Source: Chitinophagales bacterium (GTDB lineage Bacteria > Bacteroidota > Bacteroidia > Chitinophagales > LD1). Taken from it: DNA of 64,000 nucleotides. The position numbers and the translations under genes are program-made. The notes under the pieces were generated by a model that saw only the letters and a list, made by a program, of their open reading frames with translations, did no database searches and had not been told where the DNA came from. The stretch lies in contig JBGAIB010000005.1 of NCBI GenBank assembly GCA_044225825.1, forward strand, positions 213,750-277,749. The letters run 5' to 3'. Of this stretch, positions 1 to 10,343 are shown one piece after another; the first letter of the stretch is position 1; every line of letters starts with the position of its first letter.

Positions 1-573
1 CTTTTTAATTTCGACACCCAGATCATCATTACTTTTACCCATTATCTTAATGGGTGGTGTGTGACGGCTGTTGAGAATAACCACTGTAAACCCGCCAAAA
101 TGAAGTTCGCGGCCCGGTTCATATAACTGTAGTTGCTTTTCGCTCAACCCCGCTCCCCTGCCGATATTTAAAGTAGAAGTTGAACCGAACAGTTGAGCCC
201 CTGTAAACCGGGCCATGTAAGGGGCATCCATTGCATGGTCGTAATGGGAATGCGCTGTGAACACAGCCATGAGGTGGTGCATATCCAAATCTGCAATCAC
301 TTTTTTTACCAGTACGGTATCACTTTTAATTTTTCCGAATGCAGTTTTAAAAAGACCCGGTCTGCTCACAAACCCATCCATCAACAATTGGGTTTGGCCA
401 TCATCAATCAACATACTTGCTACACCTAAAAAGGTTACCTGCACCTTGCCATTTGTGGTACTGCCACCCTGCAGATAACGCAAGGCATCATAATCGTGCA
501 TTTTTGCCGAAGGAGCACAGCCCATAAAAAACAAGAGGACAGGCAATAAGGTGAACGAGCATATTCGTTTCAT
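1..573 (-). CDS. MBL-fold metallo-hydrolase, probable lipoprotein (C-terminal part runs off the window start)
   Basis: Own translation of the minus strand from ATG (573-571): MKRICSFTLLPVLLFFMGCAPS (lipobox-like FFMGC), later ...MAVFTAHSHYDHAMDAPY with the HxHxDH metal motif of the metallo-beta-lactamase fold. Frame is open to base 1. Absent from the ORF track, presumably because it is truncated. Confidence 0.6.
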   Translation of the reverse strand, partial: MKRICSFTLLPVLLFFMGCAPSAKMHDYDALRYLQGGSTTNGKVQVTFLGVASMLIDDGQTQLLMDGFVSRPGLFKTAFGKIKSDTVLVKKVIADLDMHHLMAVFTAHSHYDHAMDAPYMARFTGAQLFGSTSTLNIGRGAGLSEKQLQLYEPGRELHFGGFTVVILNSRHTPPIKIMGKSNDDLGVEIKK

Positions 574-645
574 ATAGGGTCAAAGCAAAATAAAAAGGCG
601 GAATCCTGTAGAGGAATCCGCCATTGAGTGAGTTATCAAGTTTTA

Positions 646-2499
646 TTAATGTCTTCCGAAATTGCCACCTCCGCCGCGCGGAGCAGGGCTAAAACTTTTG
701 TTTTGTTGAGGGGCCGGTGCCGGCGAACTGTTGAAGTTTTGCTTTGGCTGGCTAAAGTTTTGACGCGGCTGCTCCATTTGACGCGGCTGGCTAAAATCCT
801 GCCGTGGCTGACTTTGCTGTTGTGGCTGACTCCAACCACCACCACGAGGTTGCGGCTGTGTTTGTTGCTGTTGTTGTGGCTGACTCCATTGACGGGGTTG
901 TTCCTGCTGTTGATTTCCTCCCCATTGCTTAGGCTGCTGCTGTGGTTGTTGCTGCTGCGGTTGCGAATATTGCCGCGGCTGCTCCTGCTGCGGTTGACTC
1001 CACTGCTTAGGCTGCTCCTGTTGTTGGTTATTACCCCAACCACGCGGCTGCGGATCTTGTTGTTGCGGTTGCTGGCTCCAGGTTTTAGGCTGTTGTTGCG
1101 GCTGTGTATTAGTAGCTGGCTGCTGGCTTGGTTGATTCCATTGCTTTTGTTCCTGTTCGGTCCAGCCACGCGGCATATTACCCGCCTTAGGCGATTCATT
1201 GTTGCCAGGTTGCGTAGTACCGTAACCTCCGTTCCACTGACCAGGGGTTTGGGTAGCAGGTTTATTATCGGCATTGCCGTTGTTGGTTTTACCCCAATTG
1301 CCTGCGTTTGACGGACCATTGGTAGCAGGCTGGTTTCCGCCCTCAAACTTAGGCTGTAACTCGCCGCGACTGGTGTATTTATCCGAATTACCGGCTTTGC
1401 CTGAGCCATCGCCAATGGTTGATCCCATTGGTACGGTGTTGCTCTTCACATTATCGGTACCCACATTGTTTTTACCTTGCTGCACCGTCACATTTTTACC
1501 GGCCTGGTCGGCAGGCAACCAAGGGCGGGTAACGCCCGATTTAGGTATTTCGATTGGAGTTAATTGCACGGTAGGTTTGCCGCTTGGTCCAACACCCGGT
1601 TCGGTTTTAAACGTAGGGCCGCTGTTATAGTAACCACCATAATTATAGCCGTTACCGTAGTAATTACCGGTATTGCCGTAGGTATACGGGCTGCTGTAAT
1701 AACCATCGTAATAGCCATTCCAGTAGCCATTGTAATAACCATTGTTGTAGCCGTTGTTATAACCGCTCCAATATCCGCCATAACCATAGTTATATCCATT
1801 ACCGTAATAACCGCAGTGGTGACCAAAGCCGCCCCATACAAATGGAGTGCTGCAGAAACTCCAGGTATTATAATAAGTAGGATAGTAAAAACTGTTATAG
1901 TAGCAACTATTTAAGCCCCAGTAATAGCCGTAATAGCTGCTACCCCAGGGATCGTAGCTGTAAACATGGCAGCGGGGACGATTCCAACTCCACCAGCTAT
2001 CGTAATACCAGGGATCGTAGCTGCTGTAATAGCCCGTGTTCCAGTTACTCCAGCCATAGTAATAGCTGGGTGTAAACCAGTAGCTGTAGTAGTTTACCCC
2101 GTAATTTGAGGTGTAATAACGACGCAAACGATTCGTGTAAAAATAGTCTTCATCATTATCGTAGTAGTAGTTATTGGTTACATAGGTATTACCACCATCC
2201 GAATAAGTTGAGCTGTTATCGGCATTATCATAACGATCGGCCGGGTTGCTATACCCATCATTTTGCGAACCCTGGTTACTACCATTGCTATATTGCTGTT
2301 GCGGTGGGCCGGATTGCTGCTGGCCGCTGTAATACTGCGGAACCTGCGACGGGTTATTATATTTTTGGTTGTTGTTCTGCTGGTTATACTGATTTTGGTA
2401 GGCAGGATCCTGACTGGGGTCGTAGGGTTTATCATCCTGCGCCCAGGTATAGGCTACTGCCTGCATCAGCAAAAACAACGTTGACAAAATCCGTTTCAT
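646..2499 (-). CDS. secreted low-complexity protein: Q/N-rich N-region, Tyr/Gly/Asn/Trp-rich core, C-terminal Q-P-x-Q-W-S-Q-P tandem repeats
   Basis: 617-aa ORF with signal peptide MKRILSTLFLLMQAVAYTWAQ. Core has runs such as GYNNGYNNGYYNGYWNGYYDGYY. C-terminal third is repeats like QQQEQPKQWSQPQQEQPRQYSQPQQQQPQQQPKQWGGNQQQEQPRQWSQP. The overlapping ORFs on the other strand and frames are repeat shadows. Confidence 0.7.
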   Translation of the reverse strand: MKRILSTLFLLMQAVAYTWAQDDKPYDPSQDPAYQNQYNQQNNNQKYNNPSQVPQYYSGQQQSGPPQQQYSNGSNQGSQNDGYSNPADRYDNADNSSTYSDGGNTYVTNNYYYDNDEDYFYTNRLRRYYTSNYGVNYYSYWFTPSYYYGWSNWNTGYYSSYDPWYYDSWWSWNRPRCHVYSYDPWGSSYYGYYWGLNSCYYNSFYYPTYYNTWSFCSTPFVWGGFGHHCGYYGNGYNYGYGGYWSGYNNGYNNGYYNGYWNGYYDGYYSSPYTYGNTGNYYGNGYNYGGYYNSGPTFKTEPGVGPSGKPTVQLTPIEIPKSGVTRPWLPADQAGKNVTVQQGKNNVGTDNVKSNTVPMGSTIGDGSGKAGNSDKYTSRGELQPKFEGGNQPATNGPSNAGNWGKTNNGNADNKPATQTPGQWNGGYGTTQPGNNESPKAGNMPRGWTEQEQKQWNQPSQQPATNTQPQQQPKTWSQQPQQQDPQPRGWGNNQQQEQPKQWSQPQQEQPRQYSQPQQQQPQQQPKQWGGNQQQEQPRQWSQPQQQQQTQPQPRGGGWSQPQQQSQPRQDFSQPRQMEQPRQNFSQPKQNFNSSPAPAPQQNKSFSPAPRGGGGNFGRH

Positions 2500-2613
2500 G
2501 GTGTTTTGTGTTTTTCGTTAAGACAAATTTATTCCGAAAGAGTTTAACCGCGGATGATTTTGATATTTTAGCCGCTCTTTTAACAGTATCTAAACATCGT
2601 ACCAATTTTTGTT

Positions 2614-4086
2614 ATGGCAAAAGAAATTACTTCCCGGGTTAACGATTATTCACAATGGTATAACGACCTAGTGCTAAAAGCAGGGCTGGCCGATTACAGC
2701 AGCGTGCGCGGCTGTATGGTTATAAAGCCTTATGGCTACGCCATTTGGGAGAAAATGCGCGACGCCCTGGACAAAATGTTTAAGGACACCGGCCACGTAA
2801 ATGCATATTTCCCCTTATTTATCCCCAAAAGCTTTTTAAGTAAGGAAGCCGCCCACGTAGAAGGCTTTGCTAAAGAATGCGCGGTGGTAACCCATTACCG
2901 CTTAAAAAACGACCCTAACGGCAAAGGTGTAATTGTGGACCCGGAAGCTAAGCTGGAGGAAGAATTAATTGTTCGTCCTACTTCGGAAACTATTATCTGG
3001 AACAGCTACAAAAACTGGATTCAAAGCTACCGCGATCTGCCCTTATTGATCAACCAGTGGGCTAACGTTGTGCGTTGGGAAATGCGCACGCGCCTTTTTC
3101 TGCGCACGGCTGAGTTTTTATGGCAGGAAGGTCATACCGCACATAGCACACCTGCTGAAGCCATTGAAGAAACCGAAAAAATGCTGGATGTATACGCCAC
3201 GTTTGCCGAACAATGGATGGCGATGCCGGTTATACGCGGCCGTAAAACTGCCAATGAACGTTTTGCAGGAGCTGTAGACACCTATTGCATTGAGGCTATG
3301 ATGCAGGATGGCATGGCATTACAAGCCGGCACATCGCACTTTTTAGGTCAGAATTTTGCCAAGGCGTTTGATGTGCAGTTTTTGAATAAAGAAGGCAAGC
3401 AGGAATATGTTTGGGCCACCAGTTGGGGTGTATCAACCCGTTTAATTGGCGCCCTGATTATGGCGCATAGCGATGATGACGGACTGGTGCTTCCTCCCGT
3501 ATTAGCGCCCCTGCAGGTGGTTATTGTGCCTATTTATAAAAGTGAAGATGACCTTGCAAAACTGAGTGCCAAAGCAGAACCGCTGATAAAAGAATTGAAG
3601 GCGAAAGGCATTTCGGTAAAGTTTGACAACGACGAAACCAAGCGTCCCGGCTTTAAATTTGCCGAATATGAATTGAAAGGCGTACCTGTGCGCTTAGCGA
3701 TGGGTATGCGCGACCTTGAAAACGGTACCGTAGAAGTTGCCCGCCGCGATACGAAAGAAAAATCATCGCAGCCTTTTGAGGGTATTGCGGGTTACATCGA
3801 AAATCTGCTGACCGACATTCAACAGAACATTTTTGCAAGAGCAAAATCGTTCCGCGATAGCCATATACGCCAAGCTAACAGCTGGGAGGAATTCAAGCAA
3901 TTGATTGAACAACCCGGATTTATCAGCGCCCATTGGGATGGCACACCTGAAACCGAAGAAAAAATTAAAGAGGAAACCAAGGCTACTATTCGTTGCATCC
4001 CTTTAAATAATGTACAGGAAGAAGGTGCCTGCATCTTTAGCGGCAAACCAAGTAAGGAACGGGTTATTTTTGCCAGAGCTTACTAG
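2614..4086 (+). CDS. proS: proline--tRNA ligase (archaeal/eukaryote-like ~490-aa class II form)
   Basis: 490-aa ORF whose length and sequence ([45 protein letters not shown]-terminal ...RVIFARAY) match the short ProRS type common in Bacteroidota. Followed by a hairpin terminator. Confidence 0.93.
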   Translation: MAKEITSRVNDYSQWYNDLVLKAGLADYSSVRGCMVIKPYGYAIWEKMRDALDKMFKDTGHVNAYFPLFIPKSFLSKEAAHVEGFAKECAVVTHYRLKNDPNGKGVIVDPEAKLEEELIVRPTSETIIWNSYKNWIQSYRDLPLLINQWANVVRWEMRTRLFLRTAEFLWQEGHTAHSTPAEAIEETEKMLDVYATFAEQWMAMPVIRGRKTANERFAGAVDTYCIEAMMQDGMALQAGTSHFLGQNFAKAFDVQFLNKEGKQEYVWATSWGVSTRLIGALIMAHSDDDGLVLPPVLAPLQVVIVPIYKSEDDLAKLSAKAEPLIKELKAKGISVKFDNDETKRPGFKFAEYELKGVPVRLAMGMRDLENGTVEVARRDTKEKSSQPFEGIAGYIENLLTDIQQNIFARAKSFRDSHIRQANSWEEFKQLIEQPGFISAHWDGTPETEEKIKEETKATIRCIPLNNVQEEGACIFSGKPSKERVIFARAY

Positions 4087-4137
4087 TACGAACAAAGGAT
4101 CGCTGAATGTTACGTTTACTCAGCAGCACAGTAATAC

Positions 4138-4166
4138 AAAGGGAGGCATTGTCCTCCCTTTTTTAT
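4138..4166 (+). terminator. rho-independent terminator after proS (A-run upstream makes it potentially bidirectional)
   Basis: aaa-GGGAGG-cattgt-CCTCCC-tttttt at 4138-4164: 6-bp GC-rich stem, 6-nt loop, T-run. Confidence 0.65.
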
Positions 4167-4205
4167 TGGAGCAGCGAGTACTGCTAAAAAGGGGACCGGC
4201 CCAAA

Positions 4206-4394
4206 CTATAACTTGAAAAACTCCAATGCCTTATAGACCACAAAGCCTGGCCATACAATAGCTTTTAAAAAGCCAAGCACCCCCATCCAGAAACCGGTAG
4301 CGTGCTGAATAAAATAAACGGCTGCGCCGATAAAACCCATACCGTAAACTGCACCTGCGGGATGTACCACCCGTTCTTTTATCTTAGTTTGCAT
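4206..4394 (-). CDS. small hydrophobic membrane protein (62 aa)
   Basis: ORF with two hydrophobic stretches (GAVYGMGFIGAAVYFI; FWMGVLGFLKAIVWPGFVV). No family recognised. Confidence 0.45.
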   Translation of the reverse strand: MQTKIKERVVHPAGAVYGMGFIGAAVYFIQHATGFWMGVLGFLKAIVWPGFVVYKALEFFKL

Positions 4395-4586
4395 ATAACA
4401 GGTTTTAGTGATTGAATACCCAAATGTAAGTTGCCCGTTATTGGTTGTTTATGAGCATGCTTACCGGAATACATGAGGGAACTCACCTTTCTCCCCCAAC
4501 TTTATGGTTGTACTACCCGCCAATTGCAGCCAGGCGATAAAGTCCGCAAAATTCTGCTACTTCGCATTTACACAAGCACTAGCAAT

Positions 4587-4979
4587 ATGAAACAGGAGTT
4601 TATTGATACCCTTAAGAACTGGAACCCCGAAATAAAACTGACCGTTAAAGTGCGCTTCATTAAAAAAGGAAGCGACACGCCCCTGCACGGCAAGCAATAT
4701 ATAGCCCGCTTATACGATCGCGACATCTTTGACGATGACTACCTGGGTAAGTCGGAACTAAACGAAAACGGAGAAGCGCATATTACCTTTTACCCGCACC
4801 AGATCCGTTCGCTTGACTCGCTATTTGAGGACCTGCCGGATTTGTATATCCTGTTGTTTGACGGTGATACCGTACATTTCGAAACACGGGTATGGAAAGA
4901 CGTGGATTTTGACAAACTGGCCAAGCTTGATCATAAAGAAGGTGAAGTGCTGGATTTCGGCACCTTCCTGGTGAGCTGA
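4587..4979 (+). CDS. hypothetical protein (~130 aa)
   Basis: Track ORF 4473-4979. I prefer the internal ATG at 4587 (MKQEFIDTLKNW...) because the upstream extension looks non-coding. No recognisable motif. Confidence 0.45.
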   Translation: MKQEFIDTLKNWNPEIKLTVKVRFIKKGSDTPLHGKQYIARLYDRDIFDDDYLGKSELNENGEAHITFYPHQIRSLDSLFEDLPDLYILLFDGDTVHFETRVWKDVDFDKLAKLDHKEGEVLDFGTFLVS

Positions 4980-5136
4980 ACGCCTCCACGAATCCTCCGG
5001 ACAGCCTCCCACCCCACCACCATTACAGGTTAAAATCATGCGTTTTGCATTGGTTAACAAAGCTTAATGCCTGCTTAAAATCATTTGTTATAACGGATAA
5101 ATGCACCATCTTAGCCAGCTAAACGTATAAAGAACC

Positions 5137-6267
5137 GTGCAGATAGGCGTTCTAAAAGAACCGGAATACGAAAACAGGGTTTCCGTATTACCCGATATAG
5201 TAGCTCAATTACTGAAGCTAAAAGTAGAAGTAAAGATTGAAACCGGTGCCGGTATAAAAGCTTCGGCTGCCGATAGTGCCTACGAAGCTGTTGGGGCAAA
5301 AATTGCAACCCGTGCCGATGTACTGAGCACATCCAACATTCTTTTGGGTATCCATAATATTGGTGAAGGCGAATTCGTTTCAATGAAGCATGGAACCATA
5401 TTGACCGGCGTTTATCAGCCTTTGTTTAATGTGGATACGATGGGTAAGTATGCGGCTGCTAACTTTACCGTGTTTTCGCTGGATATGTTACCCCGCACCA
5501 CCCGGGCCCAGGCTATGGACGGGTTGAGCAGCCAGGCGAATATTGCCGGCTATAAGGCCGAGGTATTGGCGGCCTCGGTGTACCCGCACTATTTTCCGAT
5601 GCTAACTACGGCAGCAGGCAGCATACCGCCTGCCAAGGTGTTGATACTGGGAGCGGGAGTAGCAGGCTTACAGGCTATTGCAACTGCTAAACGATTAGGC
5701 GCAGTGGTAGAGGTTTTTGATACCCGTGCAGCAGCTAAAGAAGAAGTGATGAGTTTAGGTGCCAAGTTTGTAGAAGTAGAAGGTGCTGCAGATGCCAGTA
5801 AAGCCGGTGGCTATGCTGTAACGCAAACCGAGGAATACCAGCAGCGTCAGAAAGCCCGCATTGCGCAGGCTATAGCAAAAGCTGATGTGGTAATAAGCAC
5901 TGCCCAAATACCCGGCAAAAAAGCGCCGGTATTAATTACCGGTGAAATGGTTACTGCTATGAAACCCGGATCCGTGATTATTGACCTGGCTGCGGCTACT
6001 GGCGGCAACTGCGAACTAACCGAAAACAATGCGACTGTAGTAAAACATAGTGTTACCATTATAGGCCAGTCGAACCTGGCAGGAACGGTACCCGTAGATG
6101 CCAGCCGGATGTATGGCAAAAACATATTGAACTTCCTGAAATTGATTATTGACGATAAAGGAGGCCTGAACCTGAATTTTGAAGACGATTTAGTGCTGGG
6201 CGCCTGTATTACGGATAACGGCAAGGTAGTTCACGAACGATTAAAAGGATTGGCAACAAGTAACTAA
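5137..6267 (+). CDS. pntAA: NAD(P) transhydrogenase alpha subunit, part 1 (dI, AlaDH/PNT domain)
   Basis: GTG start. MQIGVLKEPEYENRVS..., Rossmann motif VLILGAGVAGLQAIATAKRLGA. Followed by small membrane alpha-2 and beta subunits in the canonical three-gene order. Confidence 0.9.
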   Translation: MQIGVLKEPEYENRVSVLPDIVAQLLKLKVEVKIETGAGIKASAADSAYEAVGAKIATRADVLSTSNILLGIHNIGEGEFVSMKHGTILTGVYQPLFNVDTMGKYAAANFTVFSLDMLPRTTRAQAMDGLSSQANIAGYKAEVLAASVYPHYFPMLTTAAGSIPPAKVLILGAGVAGLQAIATAKRLGAVVEVFDTRAAAKEEVMSLGAKFVEVEGAADASKAGGYAVTQTEEYQQRQKARIAQAIAKADVVISTAQIPGKKAPVLITGEMVTAMKPGSVIIDLAAATGGNCELTENNATVVKHSVTIIGQSNLAGTVPVDASRMYGKNILNFLKLIIDDKGGLNLNFEDDLVLGACITDNGKVVHERLKGLATSN

Positions 6268-6302
6268 CTGTTGCCGATTTCGTTTTATATAACACTGTTA
6301 AC

Positions 6303-6602
6303 ATGGAAAATCTATCGCATTACATCACCATCCAGACGGTTTACATCGTGCTGCTGATGATTTTTTTAGGCATTGAAGTGATTTCGCACGTGCCTTCGAT
6401 ATTGCATACCCCGCTGATGAGCGGCGCCAATGCCATACACGGTGTGGTTATTATTGGGGCCATTATTGTTATGGGCAAAGCCGATAGCGGTAATTACCTG
6501 GCTTTGACTCTTGGCTTTTTAGCCGTTTTGCTGGGAACACTTAATGTGGTAGGTGGCTTTGTAGTTACCGACCGCATGCTGGAGATGTTTAAAAAGAAAT
6601 AA
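6303..6602 (+). CDS. pntAB: NAD(P) transhydrogenase alpha subunit, part 2 (membrane dII fragment)
   Basis: 99-aa, three hydrophobic helices, sits between pntAA and pntB. Motif PLMSGANAIHG. Confidence 0.85.
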   Translation: MENLSHYITIQTVYIVLLMIFLGIEVISHVPSILHTPLMSGANAIHGVVIIGAIIVMGKADSGNYLALTLGFLAVLLGTLNVVGGFVVTDRMLEMFKKK

Positions 6603-6622
6603 TTGAACGCAACACTCGCTAT

Positions 6623-8017
6623 ATGGATTACATGCAGGATATATTAGCCATAGCCTATTTAATAGGGTCAGTAACATTTGTACTGGGCCTAAAAATGCTG
6701 GGCAAACCGGAAACCGCCCGCCGCGGTAACCTGATTGCCGCTTTTGGTATGACGGTTGCCATTTTCGGCACCATTTTTCTTTACAACGAAGGCGGTACTT
6801 TTCTGGGTAACAAAATCTGGATCTTTAGCGCGCTGATATTGGGTGCTGTGCTTGGAACTTATGCAGCACGCAACGTACAGATGACACAGATGCCTGAAAT
6901 GGTATCGTTGTTTAACGGTATGGGCGGTGCTTGTGCTGCCTTAATTGGTTTAGTAGAAATTAACCGTGCCGGTGTAGAAGAACCTATGAAGATGCTGGCT
7001 ATTGTGGCCGGATTAGTGATAGGCACCATTTCATTTGCAGGTTCCGTAATAGCATGGGGTAAACTGAACGGTCGTATTAAGGATCATTCCTTTAGCGGAC
7101 AGCAGTTTATCAATATTGGCCTGATGGCGATTATACTGGTAGGTGCAGTATTTATCATTTCAGGTAAGGCCAACCCTGCATTTATTTACGGCGAACTTGG
7201 CTTGTGTATACTCTACGGTGTATTATTTGTTATGCCAATTGGTGGCGCTGACATGCCCGTGGTAATTTCGTTACTGAACTCGTTTACCGGCGTTGCAGCC
7301 GCCTGCGGTGGCTTTTTGTACGACAACAAGGTAATGCTGACCGGTGGTATATTGGTAGGTTCAGCAGGCACCATTCTTACCATCTTAATGTGTAAGGCCA
7401 TGAACCGCTCTTTAACCAATGTTATTATCGGTTCATTTGGCGCCAACCAAGCACAAGGACCGGCCGTAGCACATGGCGATAAAGGTAATGTGAAGGAGAT
7501 GTCGCTGACTGATGCTGCTGTGATGATGAGCTACGCGAAAAAAGTGGTGATAGTGCCCGGTTACGGCCTTGCTGTTGCGCAGGCACAACACACCTGCCAT
7601 GAACTGGAAAAAACCCTGGAAGAAAAAGGAGTAGAAGTTAAGTATGCCATACACCCGGTAGCAGGCCGCATGCCTGGCCATATGAACGTATTGCTGGCAG
7701 AAGCTGACGTAGAGTATCCGAAGTTGATGGAAATGGAAGAAGCCAACCTGGAATTCAATACGGCTGATGTAGTAATGATACTTGGCGCAAATGATGTGGT
7801 TAACCCTGCCGCCAAACACGATAAAAGCTCCCCTATTTACGGGATGCCGGTGTTAGAGGTAGAAAATGCAAAGAATGTGCTGGTTAACAAGCGCAGCATG
7901 AATAAAGGCTATGCCGGCATTGAGAACGAGCTTTTCTTCCAACCTAAAACATCGATGATTTTTGGCGATGCCAAAAAGGTATTACAACAATTGATTTCGG
8001 AGATTAAAGCGAATTAG
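6623..8017 (+). CDS. pntB: NAD(P) transhydrogenase beta subunit
   Basis: 464-aa. N-terminal polytopic membrane region plus C-terminal dIII domain (VVIVPGYGLAVAQAQH, HPVAGRMPGHMNVLLAEA, GANDVVNPAA). Confidence 0.92.
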   Translation: MDYMQDILAIAYLIGSVTFVLGLKMLGKPETARRGNLIAAFGMTVAIFGTIFLYNEGGTFLGNKIWIFSALILGAVLGTYAARNVQMTQMPEMVSLFNGMGGACAALIGLVEINRAGVEEPMKMLAIVAGLVIGTISFAGSVIAWGKLNGRIKDHSFSGQQFINIGLMAIILVGAVFIISGKANPAFIYGELGLCILYGVLFVMPIGGADMPVVISLLNSFTGVAAACGGFLYDNKVMLTGGILVGSAGTILTILMCKAMNRSLTNVIIGSFGANQAQGPAVAHGDKGNVKEMSLTDAAVMMSYAKKVVIVPGYGLAVAQAQHTCHELEKTLEEKGVEVKYAIHPVAGRMPGHMNVLLAEADVEYPKLMEMEEANLEFNTADVVMILGANDVVNPAAKHDKSSPIYGMPVLEVENAKNVLVNKRSMNKGYAGIENELFFQPKTSMIFGDAKKVLQQLISEIKAN

Positions 8018-8038
8018 ATTGCGCCAAGTTGTTTGTCC

Positions 8039-8575
8039 TTATTCAATATCGGGATAGCTAAGGCCCTTTTCAGCCTTACGCTCCAGCAGTACATAATCGT
8101 AGGCATAAGCATGTTTTGCATCAACAGGATGATGCTCCAAACTGCGCACGTGCCAATCGCTTTCTTTTATCTCCGGATAGAAAGCGTCTGCATCGTAAAA
8201 GGGCTGTTGTACTTTGGTCAGATAAATACAGTCGGTTAACTCAAAAACCTGCTTGTAAATTTCGCCCCCTCCAATCACCATTAACTCATCTTCGCCATTA
8301 TCAGCAGCAAACCGGATACCTTCTTCTACCGTGGCAACCACTTTGCAACCTTCGGCGATATAACCCGGCTGCCTGCTAACTATAATATTAGCCCTGCCCG
8401 GAAGCGGACGGAATTTAGGTGGAATACTTTCGTAAGTTTTACGGCCCATCAGCACATGATGGCCCATGGTTATCTCTTTAAAGCGCTGCATATCGTTTGG
8501 CAGACGCCACATGAGGTCCCCTCCCCTGCCAATGGCATTGTTTTGTGCAATGGCTACAACGGCTGAAATTTTCAT
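8039..8575 (-). CDS. folA: dihydrofolate reductase
   Basis: 178-aa. MKISAVVAIAQNNAIGRGGDLMWRLPNDMQRFKEITMGHHVLMGRKTYESIP is the classic DHFR N-terminal signature. Confidence 0.92.
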   Translation of the reverse strand: MKISAVVAIAQNNAIGRGGDLMWRLPNDMQRFKEITMGHHVLMGRKTYESIPPKFRPLPGRANIIVSRQPGYIAEGCKVVATVEEGIRFAADNGEDELMVIGGGEIYKQVFELTDCIYLTKVQQPFYDADAFYPEIKESDWHVRSLEHHPVDAKHAYAYDYVLLERKAEKGLSYPDIE

Positions 8576-8624
8576 ACCGTGAAGTTACGGGTTTAAAATG
8601 TAAACTTTTAAGCCGGACTAAATG

Positions 8625-10334
8625 CTAAAAGCTATAGGTGTAGGTAAGATCGCCTTTGTATTCTCGGCGGTCGCCGGTGGCAGCAAAGGTAGCCATCACA
8701 TAATTCATCAGCTTTAAGGAATGATGATTATCGATCCGGTAGCCCACGGAAATACTATTGTTTAGCACCTTACTATTCCAAGCGCCATTATTGCGCCCAG
8801 CAGTAAAAGTGAAGGATACACCCGTCGTAATTTTATTTTTCCAAAATGCCTTACTAACCGCCAGGGTAGGCCCTACATTTAGCAGCTCGAATGTGCTGCC
8901 TTTGCTGTAAAGCACATTGAACGATGGTGAAAACGATAAGGCTATTTTGTTTACAGAAAGTGAATATCCGAGGTTTGCATTTATTGTGGAGTTTTTAGAG
9001 TAACGGCTGGTGATCTTGTTCAAATCGTCCATACGCGAATAGGTAAGGGCGGAGGTAATATTATGCACCATCTTTGTATTGATGATCAGGTAATGCGGGG
9101 CCACTACCACTGTTTGCTGCAGCTGCATAATTTTGGTGGAGTCGTTTAAAGCCTTCAATCCCTTTTGCTGGAAAGTAATGTAGTTGCTGTAGTTGATGGC
9201 AATGCCGAATTTTTGATTCGGGTTGAAATTAACCCCTGCAGTTAGGCCTGCCCGGTTGGTTTTAGCAGCCTTGCGATTATTTAAATCATCGCGCTGGAAG
9301 AATTCGTTCAGACTAACATACACCTTCTTTTTAGCTGCCGGAAAGCTTTGAACCAGGGTAATTTTCTCCTGGTCGTTCATAATGTAATCCAGCCCCATAC
9401 TCTGATATTCCGGCTGCAAGCGATTATAATCGAAGGAGAGTGTAAGCTTCTCGCCTTTATAGGAAAGGTTGGTGTGTGCGGCCCATGCATAGCTTGTGCT
9501 AAGGCGAGGCGGCATTACTACTTTTAAAAAGCGTGTGCCAAAACCATTTCCTAAATCCAGCAACTGCGAATTTAGGTTGCGGGTAATGGCAGAGATGCTG
9601 CCATCCAATTGCCAGGTAATTTTCCTCTTCAAAAAACTTTGGTAACTCATAATGCCGAAGACGGCATTCTCCATCGGATTATAATCAAGTTGATTGAGTG
9701 TATCAGTAGGTACCGGAATGGAACCTGCCACATCTTTTGCTTTCAGAAAAATAAAATCGAAATAGTTGGCTTCGTTACCTACACCTATTTTGAAACCAAA
9801 GCCCCGGCGCTTGTATTGCGGCTGTTGCGGAGCAGGGCCAAACAGGTTTTCCTTGATGGCAGGATTAAACCGCCCGTACATAGCACCAAACCGGAAAAGG
9901 CTTGGATTTATATCTACACCAATACCGAGAAAGGTTTTACCGTTCAATGTGGTTGGGCTCCATTTCATATTCGTCCAACCGGCATATACTTTAATCCATT
10001 TCCAATAGGGATTAATACCAAATTGGGCAAAAGGATTTTTCAGCGATTTGGACCCTTCAGTAAAGGTGAAGTTGAATGGTATCTGAATTCCATAAAGCGA
10101 AATGGTAGGCGCAGCCATAATTGAATACGTATAAGGCTTGCGGGTATTATTAAAACCGCTGCTGGCATAATAGCCAACCATAGCACTGGCGGCCCCGTGA
10201 ATTTCGAAAGGCTTTTGCTTGGTTATCTGACCGATATCCTGTGCCAACGATGCATTCATCAGCAAGGCCGTACATAGAACCGCCAACAACTTTTTAAAGC
10301 CTGCGGAATAAAAAACATTATTGTTTACTTGCAT
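8625..10334 (-). CDS. predicted outer-membrane beta-barrel protein (569 aa), last gene of the giant-protein operon
   Basis: Signal peptide (LLAVLCTALLMNASLAQD), alternating amphipathic beta-strand pattern rich in Y/G/N/T, C-terminal ...DLTYTYSF ending in an aromatic residue as in OMPs. 9-nt gap from the upstream gene. Confidence 0.6.
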   Translation of the reverse strand: MQVNNNVFYSAGFKKLLAVLCTALLMNASLAQDIGQITKQKPFEIHGAASAMVGYYASSGFNNTRKPYTYSIMAAPTISLYGIQIPFNFTFTEGSKSLKNPFAQFGINPYWKWIKVYAGWTNMKWSPTTLNGKTFLGIGVDINPSLFRFGAMYGRFNPAIKENLFGPAPQQPQYKRRGFGFKIGVGNEANYFDFIFLKAKDVAGSIPVPTDTLNQLDYNPMENAVFGIMSYQSFLKRKITWQLDGSISAITRNLNSQLLDLGNGFGTRFLKVVMPPRLSTSYAWAAHTNLSYKGEKLTLSFDYNRLQPEYQSMGLDYIMNDQEKITLVQSFPAAKKKVYVSLNEFFQRDDLNNRKAAKTNRAGLTAGVNFNPNQKFGIAINYSNYITFQQKGLKALNDSTKIMQLQQTVVVAPHYLIINTKMVHNITSALTYSRMDDLNKITSRYSKNSTINANLGYSLSVNKIALSFSPSFNVLYSKGSTFELLNVGPTLAVSKAFWKNKITTGVSFTFTAGRNNGAWNSKVLNNSISVGYRIDNHHSLKLMNYVMATFAATGDRREYKGDLTYTYSF

Positions 10335-10343
10335 GCCGCTGCT

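Noticed and set aside
628-2642. Many long ORFs on both strands inside the 646-2499 region (e.g. 628-1311 +, 636-1415 -, 1564-1914 +, 2106-2642 +).
   Set aside because: They are frame and strand shadows of a highly repetitive, compositionally biased gene. Their translations are poly-L/R/T/I strings without signal peptides or starts in sensible context. Only the 617-aa frame has a signal peptide and coherent zonation.
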